64,000 nucleotides of DNA from Candidatus Micrarchaeia archaeon (lineage in GTDB: Archaea > Micrarchaeota > Micrarchaeia > Burarchaeales > JAVZCV01), in NCBI GenBank assembly GCA_038874215.1, contig JAVZCV010000002.1:53624-117623 (forward strand), written 5' to 3'. The translations under genes were made by a program, and so were the position numbers. Below, piece by piece: positions 37,649 to 46,937 of the stretch (the first letter of the stretch is position 1; each line of letters starts with the position of its first letter). The notes under the pieces were generated by a model. The model saw only the letters and a program-made list of their open reading frames with translations. It did no database searches and was not told where the DNA came from.

Positions 37649-38881
37649 GTTAGCGTTTTCTCTCGTGGATACTATCATGTTTTCGGGCTGCCTGAAAATA
37701 TTTCCCCTTCTCACTGCAAGCATTATCTTGACTCCTTTTTCCTCTGCCAAATCAACAAGCCTCTGCGTTGCTATGCCATCCAGCACAACTGCATACGCAC
37801 TTTCAATCTCTGAAAGTTCCTTTACGAGATCGCGCACTGGTACCTCTCTCATAAGCGCCAGATTATTATCGTAAATCCTTGCCCTAAGTGTTGTTTCTAG
37901 CTCTTCCAGACTTCTTGTGAGCTCGGGCGGTATCCCCTCTATTTTTGTTGTCTCGGACGGCTGTTCCTCTGGTTGTCCTACTCTCTTTGGTTCAAACCTT
38001 CTTGAATTCTTGTCATTCCTAAACCGCAAATCTCTTCTTTCATCTCCCCTTATTTCTCTTACCGTCTCCTGCTCAACGGGTATCCTGTTCCTGAGGCATT
38101 TTATTATTTCCTTTCTGGTGAGCTCTTCAACTTCCTTCCCTTTCGGTGCCCTGACTATATAGTCTATATCTGCTGCTTGCAGAAGCTCCCGTAGTATTAT
38201 ATCCCCTCCCCTATCTCCGTCAAGAAACACTGTTATCTCTTTCTCCCTGCTTAGCTTAATGATTGATTCCGGTACGTTCGCACCGCCTATCGCAATTACG
38301 TTGTTTATTCCGTTTCTGAGCAGGTTGAGAACATCCGCTCTGCCCTCAACGACTATTATATTCTCGTAGGTATTTATCCCTGGCCCTGACGGCAACTTCT
38401 CGGGGCCGTATTCCGTTATTTCTGCTATTTTTACCTCCTGCCTCACGAGCTCTGATATCTCCTTACTTTCTGGTATTTCTTCTGAAACGAGCGCTTTTAG
38501 AAGCGTTTTCGCCCTCTCAACCACATTCTTTCTTTTCAAACTCCTCGTATCCTCAATCTTCTCAACCGCTATTTTTGCCTCGCAGGGACCAACGCGGTCA
38601 ACCGTTTCAAGGGCAGCGGCAAGTATGCTTGTTTCCACCATATCCAGCGAGGATGGAAGCGTTATTTTGCCTATGCTTCTACCACCCCGAACCTGCAAAT
38701 CAACTTCTATCCTTCCTATCCTACCATTCTTCTGCAATTCTCTAAGGTCAAGCTCGTCACCAAGCAGACCCTCGGTCTGCCCAAATATAGCACCAACCAC
38801 ATCGGGCTTTTCAACAAGACCGTTTATCTCAATATTCGCATATATCAGGTATTTTATGGTGTCTATGTATGTTTTTGCCAT
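37619..38881 (-). CDS. dnaG: Archaeal DnaG (TOPRIM; exosome-associated)
   Basis: EKPDVVGAIFGQTEGLLG, VVEGRADV, DGDRGG; GAGGTGA RBS. Confidence 0.97.
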   Translation of the reverse strand: MAKTYIDTIKYLIYANIEINGLVEKPDVVGAIFGQTEGLLGDELDLRELQKNGRIGRIEVDLQVRGGRSIGKITLPSSLDMVETSILAAALETVDRVGPCEAKIAVEKIEDTRSLKRKNVVERAKTLLKALVSEEIPESKEISELVRQEVKIAEITEYGPEKLPSGPGINTYENIIVVEGRADVLNLLRNGINNVIAIGGANVPESIIKLSREKEITVFLDGDRGGDIILRELLQAADIDYIVRAPKGKEVEELTRKEIIKCLRNRIPVEQETVREIRGDERRDLRFRNDKNSRRFEPKRVGQPEEQPSETTKIEGIPPELTRSLEELETTLRARIYDNNLALMREVPVRDLVKELSEIESAYAVVLDGIATQRLVDLAEEKGVKIMLAVRRGNIFRQPENMIVSTRENANSAQEEMKNE

Positions 38882-38891
38882 CAAAATCACC

Positions 38892-39344
38892 TCAAATATT
38901 TAAAGGCCCAAACCTACTCTGAAACTCTTCAAGGCTATGAAGTATATCCTCAAAAAAATTCAACCCGAGAATGTACTTCATATCTCTGCGCGTTGTGGTG
39001 TCAGCCTTAACACCGTACCCCACAAGCGCTTCTTTAAGTCTAACGCACATTTCACAACCACGTCTGTCAAAATCTGTGAGCAACAACACCTCCGTATATC
39101 TTTCAGAAATTTTTCTTGCAAAATCATCAGCACTCCCCCATATAGTTACTACCTTTCCTACACCTAGCATCTGAAGCGCCTCTTTATCTCTCTTCCCTTC
39201 CACCACAACTACACTCCGCCTTAACTTCTCAATCAACCTCTCAAGTTTTTTACGCTTGTAATCTAATACCCGTTCTCTCTTTGAACGCATCAGCATCAAC
39301 CCCAATATCAAGCAATTTTTTTCTTTTTCCAAATCCACGGACAA
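38892..39344 (-). CDS. Small TOPRIM-domain protein (true start probably downstream of the track start)
   Basis: VVVEGKRDKEAL, LLTDFDRRG. Confidence 0.85.
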   Translation of the reverse strand: MSVDLEKEKNCLILGLMLMRSKRERVLDYKRKKLERLIEKLRRSVVVVEGKRDKEALQMLGVGKVVTIWGSADDFARKISERYTEVLLLTDFDRRGCEMCVRLKEALVGYGVKADTTTRRDMKYILGLNFFEDILHSLEEFQSRFGPLNI

Positions 39345-39504
39345 TCCTGACCTTGCAAGCGAGCAATCTGCCTAACTCCCTGACGAGTTCTGCGTTTGCC
39401 CTATCCCTCTCGGGTTTTGACCTGACAAACGCCACAAGAACGTTCTTCTCTGCTTTCAAGCCAAATTCTGCAGAGTTTGGAACTACTTTCACCTCTACCA
39501 ACAC
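39250..39504 (-). CDS. DUF167/UPF0235 (YggU) family protein
   Basis: VKVVPNS, PERDRANAEL, IVRG..KRKK. Confidence 0.85.
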   Translation of the reverse strand: MLVEVKVVPNSAEFGLKAEKNVLVAFVRSKPERDRANAELVRELGRLLACKVRIVRGFGKRKKLLDIGVDADAFKERTGIRLQA

Positions 39505-39526
39505 ACAACCACATCAGAAAGAGTAG

Positions 39527-39595
39527 GATTGTGCTGTGCAATGTTGACTTAGGCTCACTGCTCGGCTATGCTCCCCCAGCCATCCTTTGCACAGC
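39527..39595 (-). ncRNA. H/ACA-like K-turn hairpin RNA with complementarity to the 23S rRNA H42-H44 region
   Basis: 9-bp stem GCUGUGCAA/UUGCACAGC followed directly by ACA; apical GA...GUGA K-turn; TTTATATT box 30 nt upstream; three 12-nt antisense segments. Confidence 0.65.
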
Positions 39596-39617
39596 GAATA
39601 ATATTGATAATTTTATG

Positions 39618-39625
39618 AATATAAA
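39618..39625 (-). promoter_or_regulatory. TATA box for the hairpin RNA and/or DUF167-TOPRIM-dnaG
   Basis: TTTATATT begins 30 nt upstream of the first G of the stem. Confidence 0.5.
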
Positions 39626-39753
39626 CCTACTCTTCATCAATGTTTTATCCTATCGTGTTTATAAATATTTGGGTATATGCCGCAACCTCGGCGAGTCTGC
39701 CAAAATAAATTATCCGACATAAGTTATATAAGCAAAAGCGCAGAATTAGAAAC

Positions 39754-40404
39754 ATGGAAGCCAAAACAATGCGTGGTGCTGTTGGTATCGGAACCCTGAT
39801 AATCTTCATAGCGATGGTCCTTGTGGCCGCAATCGCCGCAGCCGTTTTGATAAACGTTTCTGGCATACTGCAACAGAGGGCAATGACGACGGGTAAGGAA
39901 GCAATAGCACAGGTTTCATCAAACCTCATAGTGTTGAGTGTAACGGGCATAACGAACCAAAACAAAACAAATATTGATAATCTTACCATAACTCTGAGTG
40001 CCGCAGCGGGTGCAGGCAGACTAGACCTCGGTAAAGTTGTTTTGAAAGTAGGGAACGGCGATAACCTTACGGTACAGAAATACACAAGCACAAGCGGTGC
40101 TCTCACAGCAAACGGTGCAAACTTTACTGCGATAGCATTAAGAGACCCTTCAAATCTATTTACGCAGGAAACACCTGTTATTGATTCAGGCAGCCTGATT
40201 CAACTTACAGTTGTGCCGAGCAATGCTTCAGCATACGAAACTTTCAGTTGTGATCCTACAGTTAATCCAGGGGTTCAGTGCATAGTTCTTCCTCCACGTA
40301 GCCCCTTGCATATCGAGCTTATACCAGAACACGGTGCCGCAGTGGTAATTGACGTTGTGACACCCCCTACCTATTCTACAACCCAACAGCATCTCTACCC
40401 TTAA
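39754..40404 (+). CDS. flaB: Archaellin
   Basis: Class III signal RG|AVGIGTLIIFIAMVLVAAIAAAVLI..LQQRA..TG; TTATATAA box upstream. Confidence 0.93.
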   Translation: MEAKTMRGAVGIGTLIIFIAMVLVAAIAAAVLINVSGILQQRAMTTGKEAIAQVSSNLIVLSVTGITNQNKTNIDNLTITLSAAAGAGRLDLGKVVLKVGNGDNLTVQKYTSTSGALTANGANFTAIALRDPSNLFTQETPVIDSGSLIQLTVVPSNASAYETFSCDPTVNPGVQCIVLPPRSPLHIELIPEHGAAVVIDVVTPPTYSTTQQHLYP

Positions 40405-40422
40405 AAGCGACAGGGTAATGTT

Positions 40423-40842
40423 ATGAAAAAATTTAATGCTAGTGCGGCAGAGAAGAATAAAAAGACACCACAAATTACAGGGAATTACGGGAACTTATCA
40501 AATAAGGAAGCAGAAGAGCTTGAGACGCTTCTATCGGAAGAGCGAACGGCGATGGCAGAGGAGAGGACTATTCTATCAAAGGAAAGAACACTATTAGCAC
40601 AGGCAGGCATATTCCTCGGAGTTATTGCGCTGGGTTTCGGTTTAATACGGGTTTATGAGGACTCCGGATACAGCTTTATTGTATATATAGGGTGCCTGAT
40701 AGTACTTCTATCACTCATTCCCCTCTTCATTATCGCAAAAAGGTATACGGAATATGAAAAACTCATATCTAAAATAGAGCGGGAAGAGCGCTTAAAGAAA
40801 AAGGCGATAAAAGCTCTGCTATCAAAAGGGAAGCACGCATAA
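40423..40842 (+). CDS. DUF202-like membrane protein
   Basis: ERTAMAEERTILSKERTLLA heptad repeats followed by two TM helices. Confidence 0.7.
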   Translation: MKKFNASAAEKNKKTPQITGNYGNLSNKEAEELETLLSEERTAMAEERTILSKERTLLAQAGIFLGVIALGFGLIRVYEDSGYSFIVYIGCLIVLLSLIPLFIIAKRYTEYEKLISKIEREERLKKKAIKALLSKGKHA

Positions 40843-40888
40843 CTATTTTAAACTATGGGGTTAAATTTATAAGTTTAGGTGTTTCGCT

Positions 40889-41797
40889 TTGAAGAAAACA
40901 TGTCCTGAATGCGGTGGAGATAAGCTAACGCGCGACTATGTGCGTGGCGAGCTCATATGCACTAATTGTGGTTTAGTGGTAGAGGAGGATATAGCTGACC
41001 AAGGTCCAGAGTGGCGTGCTTTTGATGCAGAGCAACGAGATACTCGCGCACGCGGCGGTGCTCCTATTAATTATATGAGACCGAACAAGGGCCTTGTTAC
41101 AGAAATAGACAAATACAACCGAGATATAAGGGGAGCCCGAATATCATCGGGTAAAAAGGAGCAGATGTACAGGCTTAGAAAATGGCACAAGAGGGCGAGC
41201 ATAGCCACTTCCATGGAGCGAAACCTTGCGATAGCGCTCAGCGAGCTCAGCCGCATGGCATCATATTTGGGCTTGGCGGAGGAGATAAGAGAATCCGCAG
41301 CGCTTCTTTACAGAAACTGCGTGAAGAAAGGGCTTGTTAAGGGCAGAACGATAGAGGTTGTAGTCGCAGCCGTCATATATATAATATGCAGAAAAAGAGG
41401 AGTGCCAAGAACGCTCAACGAGATATCAAAGATTGCGGGAATAGAGAAGAAGGAGATAGGGAGGGCATACCGCTACATTGTTCGGGAGCTTGACGTTGAT
41501 GTTCCGCTTGCAGACCCAACAAAACACATACCGAAGTTCGCCTCAATACTACGCCTTTCTGGCAAGGCTCAGGAAGAAGCACTTGAGATTTTGAAAAAGG
41601 CATCAAAGAAAGGACTCATTTCCGGAAGAGGCCCGACAGGGCTTGCCGCCGCAGCGATATACATAGCGAGCGTTATGACCGGAGAGCGAAGGACACAAAA
41701 AGAAGTTGCACGGGCAGCGGGCGTTACAGAAGTGACTATAAGGAATAGGTACAGGGAATTAAAGAAAGCCCTTAACCTTGATGTTGACCTCGTTTAG
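40889..41797 (+). CDS. tfb: Transcription initiation factor IIB
   Basis: CPECG..CTNCG zinc ribbon, GPEWRAF B-reader, two cyclin repeats, VTEVTIRNRY. Confidence 0.98.
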   Translation: MKKTCPECGGDKLTRDYVRGELICTNCGLVVEEDIADQGPEWRAFDAEQRDTRARGGAPINYMRPNKGLVTEIDKYNRDIRGARISSGKKEQMYRLRKWHKRASIATSMERNLAIALSELSRMASYLGLAEEIRESAALLYRNCVKKGLVKGRTIEVVVAAVIYIICRKRGVPRTLNEISKIAGIEKKEIGRAYRYIVRELDVDVPLADPTKHIPKFASILRLSGKAQEEALEILKKASKKGLISGRGPTGLAAAAIYIASVMTGERRTQKEVARAAGVTEVTIRNRYRELKKALNLDVDLV

Positions 41798-41837
41798 CTT
41801 TTTTGCGAAAATATTAAATTTTTAGAAATGCATAATT

Positions 41838-44567
41838 GTGGGGGGCATCTTGCGCGTTTTTCTCTCTGCCTTTCTGTTGTCTATACTCGCCTGCATGACA
41901 TTTGGCTACACTCTGGAATACAACTCATCAAAAATAATCCGTGAAAATGGCTTATGGCTTGACTGCAAGCCTACGGCAGTCTCATATTCATGCTATATAG
42001 ACCATGCAACGAAGATATTCACAAGCACCGTTTCTTGTAGCTATGACTCAGAAAACGATGTTTATCTTGTTGGCAGAGAGCAAAAGCACTCCTTCAATCT
42101 TATCGCAAGAGAGCTTCTATCCGATATAAATCTTGAAATATCCTATATAGCCCACTCATGCGGTAGGCTTATTCTCTCCCTTAACAATTGCAACACAACG
42201 GTTGATACGATAGGCTTAGGCTGCCCGATCGTCATGAAAAGCATCTATTTCAGCCGTTCTTGCATAAAAAACGGCACGAATACCCTATCGTTTATTGCAG
42301 ATGACTGCCCCATCTGGATATCCCTTGGGAAAGGAACGTGTCCGTCTGGTTGCGGACCGTTTTTCGCGAGAATGTACACGAACTATACGCGCCTTCAAAA
42401 ACCAGAGAAGAAGAGCGCAGAGGGAAGCTGGATTGCATCCGAAAAGGCATGGAACTTTGCCATTTCATGTGATAATGAGGAGATAAGCGCATTTTTACCA
42501 CCAGATGCGAGCAATTTAGAAGTTGTTAATGAGACTGGTAGCATTGCCTTCACTGTTGATAAGGGAGTTGCAAAATTCCACTGTGTTAAAAATGTCCTGA
42601 TCTCATTTTCACAGCCAGAATTAACCCTTCATATTGAAACTCTTGATGAACGGCGCAACAACTCCTATTCCCCAGGAGAGAATGCAACAGTACGCATTTC
42701 GTCATTTCTTGCCAATATGCCCGCACAAGCGAGCATAAAATACGAAAATTCAGAGTGCACGGACAATCCATGCATATTCAAAATTCCTATCACAACACCA
42801 CTCGGTTTGAGAACCCTCGTTTTCTTTGCAGACGATGGAAATGGCCACATAGGGCATGGGAACATAACTCTTGCCGTTGAGAATGCATCGTTTTCTATAA
42901 TAGAAACGGTTAACGGAACAAAGGTCTCAAACCTTTTCATCATAAACAACACGATGAGCAGGGATTTCTCCGAAGAAATATCCTTTGCGTTGCCCTCAGA
43001 TTACCGCGGCAATCTACGGGTTTTAAACGAGAAGGGGCTTGAGATAGATTCTACACAAGGCAACGGGCGTGCGCTCTTCTACGGTTTTTGCCCCTCACGC
43101 TCAACATGTTCCTACTCTGTTGTTTTTGATGTCGCAGGTTCTATAATCTTCTTCAAACAGCCTCGCTTGAATGCAGAATATATTGAGGTAGGCAAACCCA
43201 CACCTCTGGTTATAGATGTTTTATTAGAAAGCGAAAACGCTGTTCGCACAATAACGGCAACCGTTGAGAATAAAACATGGGACATAAATTCAATCGTTTC
43301 TCTCCTTCCATTAGAAAAGAAGAACATCACTTTTGAGAGGCCCACTGTTCTCGCACATATTGGTGGTGAGAAAAAGGAATTGTTTGGTAGCACATTCACA
43401 TACGAAATCGCTGCTGACTTCTCAGAGCTCATACAAATACTATCTGCAGAAGTAAGGGCCGTTATAGAAAAAAGCAAGCTTGAAGGTTGGAATTACCGTC
43501 AAAACGTGCGGGCTCGTTTTGATTTTCACGATGCGCTTTGGGCAGAAAACTCAACGCACGTAATCCTATACGCGAGCAATACGGAAAAGGGAAGACATAC
43601 CTTCACCCTTCTCTATGATTCATCATCAATGCAGCAACCACCAACCCAACCCACTAAACAAGAGAATAAGCAAGAACAGGATAAAGCTGAAACCAACAGG
43701 CCCACCTCTCATTCTGACGATGGCGGGCTTCAGAATGCTTCGGATGCGGAGTGCGTAGACCTGAACGTATGCGCTGCATACTGGAATGTTTGTAATTCGG
43801 GAGAAAGCGAAAGCAACCGCCAGTATAGCAACGAGAGCTTACAAATTAACGAGAAGAAAGAGGACGCTTTAAGTCACTACGAGACCGAAAAACCCGCAAG
43901 AATCTCAATATTCGCCCCACAAAATACGGAGAAGGGGAATGTTGAGATACTCGTGCTCAAAAACAGCCTCCCAGCAGAAGGAAGCGTTCTTATAAAATCC
44001 CCATCGGGAAGAGAATTCGTGATGAAACTATCCCGTGGTGCTACATCCCTATTCTTTGATGAACCAGGAACTTGGGTTGTATCATATATGGGAACCGAGA
44101 GAACTATAAACATAGGCGCAGAAAGTAGCACAAAAAACCCCACCAGCATCCCGACAATAAATCCAAAGAAAATTGACAGCATGTTAGAATTTTTGGGGGA
44201 AGTCCTCCCATTCTTTCTTGTACTAACCTTTCTCCCCATTCTATTTGTTCTCTTTTTGCTCGTATCCCGATATGTCTTTGCACCCAATCTTCATGCTCGC
44301 ATAGAGCCAGAAGGAATAAAAATAAGAGGAAAAGGCGAACTCTACGATGTTAACATAAGCCTTCTCTTTCCAAGCAATGCCAAAATAAATGCGGAAAATG
44401 CGAGCATCTCCGATACGATTTTCGGAAAAATGGTGAAATGGAGAGTCCCCGTTTTAAAGGGTTCCGAAAGTTCTCTCTTCCGCTTCAGCTCTGACGAGAA
44501 GCCCATAAGAGTGAATATAACTGGGAAGATGCGCTCTGGAAAGGAGGTCAATGTGGAGATGACGTAG
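41838..44567 (+). CDS. Large secreted/membrane-anchored hypothetical protein
   Basis: Signal peptide, many N-x-S/T sequons, beta-rich domains, low-complexity linker, TM near aa 790 followed by a ~100-aa tail. Confidence 0.7.
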   Translation: MGGILRVFLSAFLLSILACMTFGYTLEYNSSKIIRENGLWLDCKPTAVSYSCYIDHATKIFTSTVSCSYDSENDVYLVGREQKHSFNLIARELLSDINLEISYIAHSCGRLILSLNNCNTTVDTIGLGCPIVMKSIYFSRSCIKNGTNTLSFIADDCPIWISLGKGTCPSGCGPFFARMYTNYTRLQKPEKKSAEGSWIASEKAWNFAISCDNEEISAFLPPDASNLEVVNETGSIAFTVDKGVAKFHCVKNVLISFSQPELTLHIETLDERRNNSYSPGENATVRISSFLANMPAQASIKYENSECTDNPCIFKIPITTPLGLRTLVFFADDGNGHIGHGNITLAVENASFSIIETVNGTKVSNLFIINNTMSRDFSEEISFALPSDYRGNLRVLNEKGLEIDSTQGNGRALFYGFCPSRSTCSYSVVFDVAGSIIFFKQPRLNAEYIEVGKPTPLVIDVLLESENAVRTITATVENKTWDINSIVSLLPLEKKNITFERPTVLAHIGGEKKELFGSTFTYEIAADFSELIQILSAEVRAVIEKSKLEGWNYRQNVRARFDFHDALWAENSTHVILYASNTEKGRHTFTLLYDSSSMQQPPTQPTKQENKQEQDKAETNRPTSHSDDGGLQNASDAECVDLNVCAAYWNVCNSGESESNRQYSNESLQINEKKEDALSHYETEKPARISIFAPQNTEKGNVEILVLKNSLPAEGSVLIKSPSGREFVMKLSRGATSLFFDEPGTWVVSYMGTERTINIGAESSTKNPTSIPTINPKKIDSMLEFLGEVLPFFLVLTFLPILFVLFLLVSRYVFAPNLHARIEPEGIKIRGKGELYDVNISLLFPSNAKINAENASISDTIFGKMVKWRVPVLKGSESSLFRFSSDEKPIRVNITGKMRSGKEVNVEMT

Positions 44568-45317
44568 CTAAGCGGTAAGCATTCCTTTAACAAAATCACA
44601 TAAATCAACTATCTCTTCCAGAGAAAGTTTGAACACTTTCCTTTCGTCTTTTATCTCCTTAAAACGCTCCCTTTCTATTCCGAGGAAAGAATGCGAATTA
44701 GAAAGCGCTGCACGTACGCTTTTTTTCTTGTGCTGAAAAAGCGCGTTTATTATCCTCCCATCAACCTCATCCACGTAGCCTCTCTTCCTAAGCCTTACTA
44801 TCGCCGAATCAACCTTCGGCATAGGCCTAAAAGCCATCCTAGGTACATATTCAAGCACTTCTATTTCAAACTGCAACTGTGCCATTACGCTCAGCCGTGA
44901 GTATTCTGGAGTACCCGGCATAGCAACCATCCTATCAACGAACTCTCTCTGCATGCATAGAACAGCATGCGAGAATTCCGCTTCAGGAAGCCTGAAAACA
45001 AGCGGAGAGGAAATTGAGTATGGAACGTTTGATATGATTACATCTACAGAAGGAATGTCCATCTTCAGTATGTCGGCGCAAACAACCTCAACATTCCCAT
45101 AACGAGAAAGCTCTGCAAAAAGAATAGGCAGTAATTGTCTGTCCTTCTCCACCGCTATAACTTTCTCAGCCTTCTCGGCAATAACTTTTGTAAGGTTACC
45201 AGTTCCAGCGCCAACCTCAAGCACTTCTTTGCCCTCCACACCTGCATACTCTACTTCCCTTTGCAGAACCCTCCCATCAACCATGAAGTGCTGACCAAGC
45301 CTTTTTCTCCTGCTCAT
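44568..45317 (-). CDS. rsmA: 16S rRNA adenine dimethyltransferase
   Basis: LGQHF, LEVGAGTG, SNVPYSISS, PMPKVDS. Confidence 0.96.
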   Translation of the reverse strand: MSRRKRLGQHFMVDGRVLQREVEYAGVEGKEVLEVGAGTGNLTKVIAEKAEKVIAVEKDRQLLPILFAELSRYGNVEVVCADILKMDIPSVDVIISNVPYSISSPLVFRLPEAEFSHAVLCMQREFVDRMVAMPGTPEYSRLSVMAQLQFEIEVLEYVPRMAFRPMPKVDSAIVRLRKRGYVDEVDGRIINALFQHKKKSVRAALSNSHSFLGIERERFKEIKDERKVFKLSLEEIVDLCDFVKGMLTA

Positions 45318-45320
45318 AAA

Positions 45321-45890
45321 TCACCCTTCCTTTCTCTTGTAAGGAGGTCTTGTGAGAATATAGTAACGCGATTCGCCTCTTAGCTCTGTTAGTATCCTAT
45401 CACGAACAAGCTTTGTAGGGTCTGGTAAAAGCGCAACCCTCTCTTTTATATCAGCAAAACTCGTGAAAGGCCTTTTTTCTCTTTCCCTAAGTATGTCCCC
45501 CATGTGTTTTTTGCCGATTCCTGGTAAAAGCTCAAGCTGGTGCAACCTTATCGTGACTGCGCCGCATTTGTTGAAAAAATTCACGAAATCTGCTTCCCGC
45601 TCCTTGACTATTCTCTCAACAGCATTATCCAATTCTGCTTTTCCAGCACCCGTTAGCTCATAATAACTTATCCTTCCCTTTATATGGTCTATTTTGTTCC
45701 TCTCTCCCCTTCCCACATAGACTTTCTCCCCTACTGCTACCTCTACACCACGCCTGACAACAGCCTCAAGAATAGTGAAATGGTTATAGCCTAAAATCTG
45801 GACTAATGGCTCTGGGCTTGTGGAAGTTGATTTCCCTCGCGGCAAATAGTCTAACACTATGCCCCATTCCTCCATCTCTCCCATCGCCAC
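45321..45890 (-). CDS. DUF655 putative RNA-binding protein
   Basis: LDYLPRG, RLHQLELLPGIGKK; conserved eL21-rpo4-DUF655-rsmA order. Confidence 0.92.
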   Translation of the reverse strand: MAMGEMEEWGIVLDYLPRGKSTSTSPEPLVQILGYNHFTILEAVVRRGVEVAVGEKVYVGRGERNKIDHIKGRISYYELTGAGKAELDNAVERIVKEREADFVNFFNKCGAVTIRLHQLELLPGIGKKHMGDILREREKRPFTSFADIKERVALLPDPTKLVRDRILTELRGESRYYILTRPPYKRKEG

Positions 45891-46228
45891 TACCCCACAT
45901 ATTTCCCCACAATTCTAAGCACTTCCTCTATTTCAGATTGACTTAGAACATACCTCTCTTTTGCGAATATGGCATTAACCTGCTCAGCATTCCTCGGCAA
46001 GACATCAACTATCTTCACTGCCGCATCATCACTCATACGCTCAAGCGCTTTTAGTTCGTTAAACAACTGCTCCCTTTTCTCCTTTTCAAGTTTTGTGAAT
46101 TTTTTTGCATATTCCAGAGTCGTTTGTTGCTCAAACCCAAGCTCTCCTTCCTTTTCCCTCTCGCCCAATATCTCAGCAACGGTTCCAAGCGAAACAGGTT
46201 TTATCTTTATCATCTCCTTGCCTATCAT
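45890..46228 (-). CDS. rpoF: RNA polymerase subunit Rpo4 (F)
   Basis: EQQTTLEYAKKF, AVKIVDVLP; gene context. Confidence 0.92.
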   Translation of the reverse strand: MIGKEMIKIKPVSLGTVAEILGEREKEGELGFEQQTTLEYAKKFTKLEKEKREQLFNELKALERMSDDAAVKIVDVLPRNAEQVNAIFAKERYVLSQSEIEEVLRIVGKYVG

Positions 46229-46503
46229 TTTGCCCACCTTTCAAGATGCATTGGGGAAACAACGAGTTTTTTTTCCTTTCCACAATCACGCACACTTACA
46301 ATATATGCTCTACCGCTCTTCCCAACAATCCTGCCCGTTCTCCCTCTATACCGTGGATGCGGAGACCCAGAATAGCCCGCCTTTATATCTATATGCACAA
46401 CCTCCCCTATTTCAAACTTCTTACCAACATAACTTGAAGAGAGTCTTACGCTCTTGAGCAACTTGCTTCTCTTTGACATCTTGCCTCTGCTTCTCCTTAC
46501 CAT
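46225..46503 (-). CDS. rpl21e: 50S ribosomal protein eL21
   Basis: GEVVHIDI, PHPRYRGRTG, V.PMHL. Confidence 0.95.
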   Translation of the reverse strand: MVRRSRGKMSKRSKLLKSVRLSSSYVGKKFEIGEVVHIDIKAGYSGSPHPRYRGRTGRIVGKSGRAYIVSVRDCGKEKKLVVSPMHLERWAK

Positions 46504-46605
46504 GAAACCACCATAAAAGAAAGCTATATACTTTTAGAGTATTCCTTTATATAGGTTCCGTATCATAAGCCATATATATAAATCATCTCTCTGGGGTGGT
46601 ATCGG

Positions 46606-46893
46606 ATGGCCAAGGTCCGCAAGCGCATAAAGCCGGTTTTTAAGATTGAGAATATAGTTGCTTCTGCTAATTTTGGCGTTGAGCTTGACCTGTATGCTAT
46701 AGCTATGAAAGTGAAAGATGTTGAATACGAGCCCGAGCAGTTCCCAGGCGCCATTTTGAAACTAAGAGAACCACGTGCATCCCTTTTGCTATTCAAAAAC
46801 GGAAAAATAATATGCACTGGTTCTAAGAGCGAAGCCGAAGTAAAAAGAGCTCTGGAGAAGGCGATAGAACTACTTGAGCCCCACTGCAAGTAG
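46606..46893 (+). CDS. tbp: Single-repeat TATA-binding protein (half TBP)
   Basis: IENIVAS, LDL, YEPEQFPG, LLFKNGKIICTG; one repeat of 95 aa, then a stop. Confidence 0.88.
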   Translation: MAKVRKRIKPVFKIENIVASANFGVELDLYAIAMKVKDVEYEPEQFPGAILKLREPRASLLLFKNGKIICTGSKSEAEVKRALEKAIELLEPHCK

Positions 46894-46937
46894 CAAAGCG
46901 CCAAAAATATAAATTTTTTTCATCCCAAATATTAAAA

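Noticed and set aside
39541-39588. Plus-strand 23S rRNA fragment or L10/L11-leader mimic
   Set aside because: The segments are out of order, the H43 stem would carry an A-C mismatch, no ribosomal protein gene follows, and the ACA/K-turn/TATA features are on the minus strand
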